A stretch of 64,000 nucleotides of DNA from Glycera tridactyla (taxonomy: Eukaryota), in contig OZ286465.1 of NCBI GenBank assembly GCA_965644265.1, positions 7,130,001 to 7,194,000 on the forward strand, read 5' to 3'. Below, piece after piece: positions 58,961 through 64,000 of the stretch (position 1 is its first letter; every line of letters begins with the position of its first letter). Under the pieces are notes generated by a model. That model was given only the letters and a program-made list of their open reading frames with translations, did not search any database and had not been told where the DNA came from. The position numbers and the translations under genes were made by a program.

Positions 58961-61346
58961 CGAGTCTGTACATGCTTTTAGAATGGATGGAAAATTTGGC
59001 ATTTTTCTCAAAGTAGACATAAATATTCTTTCATAATCGGCCTTAACGTCTGATAATACAGTCGAGATTCAACATTTGGGTAAATGATCCTTCTTGATTT
59101 CTAGGATGATAATTCAGGTTGTGGCGTCACCCACATGATGGATGAGAGGCGAGAGATGGGCACTGAAGGAGAATCCATCTCAATCAGCCCGGAGACCATG
59201 TGTTGCTTCTAAATATAGACGTGCTCCGAGGGTCGAAAATGAGCCTCACCTCGTGATCATACCTTTTATGTAAGTGGCTCACTAAAGTACATAGGATAAG
59301 TATGAATATAAAGTATCTTAATTGAGCATTTTCTTGAGAGAAGTGATATGACTCAATATATGTGTCTCCAAATCATATTTTTTCTGAGAAATAGCATGTA
59401 ATATATACACTCCGAGTCTTGTCAGGGAGACAGGGCACAGCATCTTTCTCGTGGCGTGGCACAAATATTTGGGCTCAACCTCGAAGGATATGTTAATGTG
59501 TTTCCCGACTGATGCTTTCTCGGAGATCTGGAGATTCTCGGAGGAGAGTTGTACGGCTTCAGCAATCAGGCTGTTGCGTTGTCACTGATGAATTGTTACT
59601 GCCACTGAAGCGATACAGTCAAACCTGTCCACGAAACCGTCCTTGCTAGACTCACACCAGCCTTTGGAAAGTGATCATGATCAATGCTCAGGTTGCTCTT
59701 GCATGGCAGATGGCTTCAGAAACAGATGGTTATTTATCTTCTTGTTATTTATTTATTGTTAATTTCTTATTTATCTATTTTTTTGATTTTTTTTTTTTGG
59801 GGGGGGGGGGGGGGGGTCAATAGTAGATCCTATCATGGGCTACATGGAACATGGAGATATCAGCTTTTACATGGAATGAAAATCCTGTATCATGTGAATG
59901 CATGAAATTGTTACCATGATGGAAATGAACGATTCTTATCTTATCTTATCTTATCTTATCTTATTGCACTAATGTCCGCCCCATGGTCTTTGGTTTGGTT
60001 CACTATCTATTCAAGCATGGTGGCCTGTCCGGTCAGTTCCTGTTTTGCATTATAACACCTCCCCTGTACCTGGAGAGGTGAATTTTGAGTCAAACAGTGA
60101 GAAAAAGATCAACAATACGAAATCTCTTTTGATATTCTGCTTTGATGTGGTCATGAATTATGACGATGACGATGATGACGATGAAATTCTTCTAATGGAG
60201 GAAACATTGATGATAACGATGGAGATGATGACGAAGACAGGGCCATGGATGATAATGATGATGATGATGAAGACGACGATGATGATAACGATGATGATGA
60301 CAATGACAATGATGATGATGAAATTTTTCTAATGAAGAAAATGTTGGATGCAGGATGAGCAGCCATCATTGTCTCGACAAGGCGAGGGAGAGGGGGGGGG
60401 GGGGGGGGGAGGGGGGGGGGGGGGCTGGGAACGAGGCATGCCGTCAGTTATGTGCGTGTGATTACTTAGCAACATCATGCAACAAAATCTCCCGTCCATT
60501 ATGGTGACGCCAACCCTCCAACCACGCCAAATGATTACACAGTATGTGATTTCAACACCGATCTCTCCCGCCATGAAATCGACGTTAGGAAGTCATCTCT
60601 GACACGGATCAATACTCGCGGCACGTGTGCGTCCAACCAACTATTTTGCCCACCAAAATCGTGTTCTGTTTTGTTCACTGAACCACGTCTCATTGGCGTT
60701 GTGGATTGATATATCGACATATGTGTCTCAAAGTCAATAGGGGAATACCCCGTCCACCTGAAACATCACTCTCCTAACCCCCTGAATACAAATGGTGGGG
60801 AGACATCACACAGTGAAACTTGTAATAAGAGTCCATTCTGAAGGTCACCAAAAAATGGTCTCATGAAACAGGTGGTCTCATTGAAGGTAAAGTGTAGGTA
60901 TTCGAAAATGTGATTTGTAAGATTAGCAGGTCTCTTGTCTGGGTTGAGGGGGGGGGGGGGGGGGGGGTAGGAGCCAGCCAGCCCTGAAATTTGTAGAGAT
61001 TGTTATTGGCGATCTATTGACAGACCAAACATTATACAAGTGCCGGGTCCTCACAGGATGGGGAACCAGTTACTTCTAATGTTGACTGGTCTCCAGATTC
61101 TACACCTCGATACCAACACCAAGTGCAAATGCTCATCATTACATCCATTACTCGTGGAAACCTGGTCCCATACAAATGGCAATCTACCCTGTGTAGTTTG
61201 CCGTCAAAATCTTGACAGGTGTGAATCAATGATTTTGTATTGATGCCGAGGCAGGCATATACATGCTGCAAAGTGTACCTCTCTATTCTAACATAGTTGA
61301 GATCTTTCATCTACACCGGAAAAGCCCCATCTACAAGGTGAATGGG

Positions 61347-61510
61347 CAGGGCTCTACATTGCTATCTATGGCTACCACATTTCAAAAGTCAGGAGCCAGC
61401 TGCCACTGAAATTGTGAAAGGTTGTAATTAGCGAAGTATTGACTGGTTACCAAATATTTCCACTTAGGAGCCAGCTGGCTCCTATATATTTCAGCCAATG
61501 TAGAGCCCTG
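61347..61510. mobile_element. hAT-like MITE
   Basis: TIR CAGGGCTCTACATT / AATGTAGAGCCCTG; no clear TSD. Confidence 0.65.
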
Positions 61511-62144
61511 CATTCATATCTCTACCCACTTCATACATCACACAAGATAATCCTTACTTGGCTATGGAGATTCGTGGGGTTGAAAACTGGTTGAAATCCC
61601 AATGTAAATCACAGAGAGAGATGTCACATGCATGATCCATACCCGTGATATCCTACTTTTATACCACACATGTCTGATTTCAATGATGAAATCTCAGCAC
61701 AGAGTAGTGTACATCCTTGTCTGTTTTTGTGTTACATATCCTCAGATGGGATATCCTCAGATGGGATATCACCTGCATCTTCCATGGCCATGCTTATATC
61801 ACCAATGCCTGAGTTTGCTGATACATACACAATGACGCTAATATGGCGTAATACATAATGACGTCATGATCATGGTCACATGTCAGCTTGCATCACCAAT
61901 GTTTCTTTCTGCAAACATGAGNNNNNNNNNNNNNNNNNNNNNNNNNNNNNNNNNNNNNNNNNNNNNNNNNNNNNNNNNNNNNNNNNNNNNNNNNNNNNNN
62001 NNNNNNNNNNNNNNNNNNNNNNNNNNNNNNNNNNNNNNNNNNNNNNNNNNNNNNNNNNNNNNNNNNNNNNNNNNNNNNNNNNNNNNNNNNNNNNTGTAGA
62101 ATATGAAAATTATATCCCCTACAACAAGAAAGAGAGAGAAACTA

Positions 62145-62520
62145 CAGCCAAACCTGCTCAAAAGACCACCTGTCTGTAAAGGCCACATACCTACAAAACA
62201 CCATCCTGACCATGGTAATACAAGCAAGCATCTCTCTATCAAGACCACCTCTGTATAAAGACCACCATCACTGTGAGGGTATTACCAGTAAATGACCTCT
62301 CTATAGAGGCCACCTGCCTACAAAGACCACCTCTCTACAAAGGCCACCCTGTTGTTAACAGTAAATGACCTCTCTATAAAGGTCACCTGCCTACAAAGAC
62401 CACCATTAGGTGTAACTGAGAGTATTGGTAATAGTAAATGGCCTCTCTATAAAGGTCACCTGCCTACAAAAGCCACTCTTCAATGTGAATAAAGGAGGCC
62501 TTTTTAGACAGGTTTGACTG
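62145..62520. mobile_element. pogo/Tc1-like MITE with internal tandem amplification
   Basis: TA|CAGCCAAACCTG ... CAGGTTTGACTG|TA; AGTAAATG(A/G)CCTCTCTATA...CACCTGCCTACAAA occurs three times. Confidence 0.8.
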
Positions 62521-63566
62521 TACATCTATAGTACGATCATGTGGAAGAAAACACACTGGAGCCTATTATCTTCTCATATGGGTACGTTCACATAGATCTG
62601 CGATACTGTACAATTCCCGCATCAGTTAGTGAATCTCTCCAAGATGCCTGCCTGCCTGACAACCATGAGATGAAAAATATAGAAGACACATTTATCTGAC
62701 TGACACAAACAAGATGAGATACACACACTTGCTGCGAACAAAGACTAGTTTTTTTCTCATCACGACGCAAATGACTCTTCCAATTCATGCTCAAGTCAGT
62801 CAAGTCGGGACCTGGCTGAGTAATTTTTCACGCATTCATTGCTATTTCTTATCTGATCAAAGCTTAGTGCAGCATCTGTCTTCTCCTCGCAAACCAGACA
62901 ACAATTACAGAACCAGATCACTATGCCTGTAATGTTCTGCGAGTTATCAAAAGTATTTTGACACAAATTGACCCACAACTTCCTGAAAGTTCCTCACTCC
63001 AAATGCTATTCTCCATAATCATCTTATTTCTCATGTATTTATTTGCATTGAGGAAGCATTTTCTTGACCTTGAGATTCATCTCATTTTACTGTGTCAATT
63101 GCATGATTTCCGCTAGTCATTCCAACCACACCCGCAGCCGGGGTCATCACTTGTTTCACTCTGGTACTTATAAGTAGCATTTCATTGGGCGAGGGCGTGG
63201 CGGGAACGAATAGCGGAAATCAAGCAATTCCTGGCGAGGCCTTCTTCATTCACAGAGCCATAAGGCACATGAAGCTGAGAGACCATGGATGAAGTGCCCA
63301 AAAGGCACATGCAATTCAGCATATTCTCGTCATACTATAGAAGAGATGGTTGCTTCTCCATGTGAGATACAGCAAAACCTTTGATGAGAGACCTCCAAAA
63401 ACAGACCACCTCTGACGGGAGACCACTTCTTAGGGAAGCTTCCCTATATGATAGTCAAATATTTCTCCGATGGAAGACCACAATGGAATGTATCGGTCGC
63501 CAACTGATTATCGAACCTAGTTTTGGTTAGTCTGTATGCTTTTGAACAGGATACACTCGCATGTCA

Positions 63567-64000
63567 CAGGGCGCGAAGACATCAGAAAAAGTCACCCGCC
63601 CAACGGGCGGGTGAAATTCAATATCACCCGCCCACCACGAAAAACAACCCGTCCGTACACGAATACCAACTGGATCGAGGAAATACTCGTATATATATGC
63701 AAAATGTCCGTAGAAAACACATGAAACGTGATAAATTCATTCGTAAGATCAGCTTCCTCGTTGTTCCGAAACCTGCGCAGATGGTCAGAAATCGTCTTCT
63801 GCGCACATTGTTGACATCTCGCGAAGAGAGCCCCATGAAATCAGGTCGCTGATTGGTGGATTTCGCCGCGATTTCGGCAATTTGGCCAATCAGGGATCGC
63901 GAGAGATATCTGTTTCGGTTCTTTCTCACCTCCAGCGTTAAAGATGGCGCTGGGTCTTCCGAAAGTGACGAAACTCGCCAGCGAATTTGACAAATAAACT
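63567..64000 (+). mobile_element. Probable left end of an hAT-like element running off the window
   Basis: CAGGGCGCG start, repeated CACCCGCCC and inverted GGGCGGGTG, CpG-rich interior; the other end is not visible. Confidence 0.45.

Larger units (their letters stand above)
51520..60330. repeat. Scattered simple repeats: CT-rich 51520-51730 and 57234-57641, (GGAT)n 53466-53580, (AC)n 56762-56830, (TCTTA)n ~59935-59965, (GAT)n 60160-60325
   Basis: Read directly; these account for most low-complexity ORFs in the track. Confidence 0.9.
13290..62094. other. Assembly gaps: 13290-13481, 53250-53430, 56856-56994, 57092-57233, 57642-57778, 61922-62094
   Basis: Runs of N. Confidence 0.99.

Noticed and set aside
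59330-59590. Minus-strand open stretch (QRNSLIAEAVQ...TRLGVYILHAISQKKYDL)
   Set aside because: Possibly a decayed retroelement C-terminus, but I cannot assign a family and there are no splice signals linking it to the host gene.
51442-60369. Low-complexity ORFs (poly-Leu/Ser/Pro, His-Thr, Met/Asp-rich)
   Set aside because: They are translations of microsatellites and CT-rich tracts, several spanning N-gaps.

Overview
This is an animal, repeat-dominated window. The TE repertoire suggests a marine invertebrate, probably lophotrochozoan; the species cannot be determined from the sequence. Six N-gaps indicate a scaffolded assembly, so some frameshifts could be assembly errors. The centre holds two near-complete but decayed tyrosine-recombinase (YR) retrotransposons on the minus strand. 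One is a DIRS1-type element (18541-26110; ITRs, ICR, gag, RT-RNaseH-MT, overlapping YR). The other is an Ngaro-type element (27680-34744; split direct repeats A1-B1-A2-B2, gag, intact RT/RNaseH, YR) with an extra SGNH-hydrolase ORF placed 5' of gag. Removing the DIRS and a 213-bp MITE in silico rebuilds a hidden two-gene module: a ~115-aa ORF resembling the primase large-subunit C-terminal domain, then a ~488-codon unknown ORF. Other elements are a Merlin/ISXO2 DDE transposase, a CR1/L2-like LINE 3' end, a Penelope-like element with hammerhead-type pLTRs and a 14-bp TSD, a Harbinger-like MITE inserted at an ACACCWGGT site in a 46-bp minisatellite, two hairpin-ended elements with GNA-triloop apices, many TA-TSD MITEs, hAT-like elements and several tandem repeats. 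An old segmental duplication (about 0.1-7.7 kb versus 8.2-10.2 plus 37.9-45.5 kb) provides empty/filled site pairs. The right third holds four phase-compatible minus-strand exons of a host gene ending in a Gly/Cys (GGC)n tail (GRDP-like).
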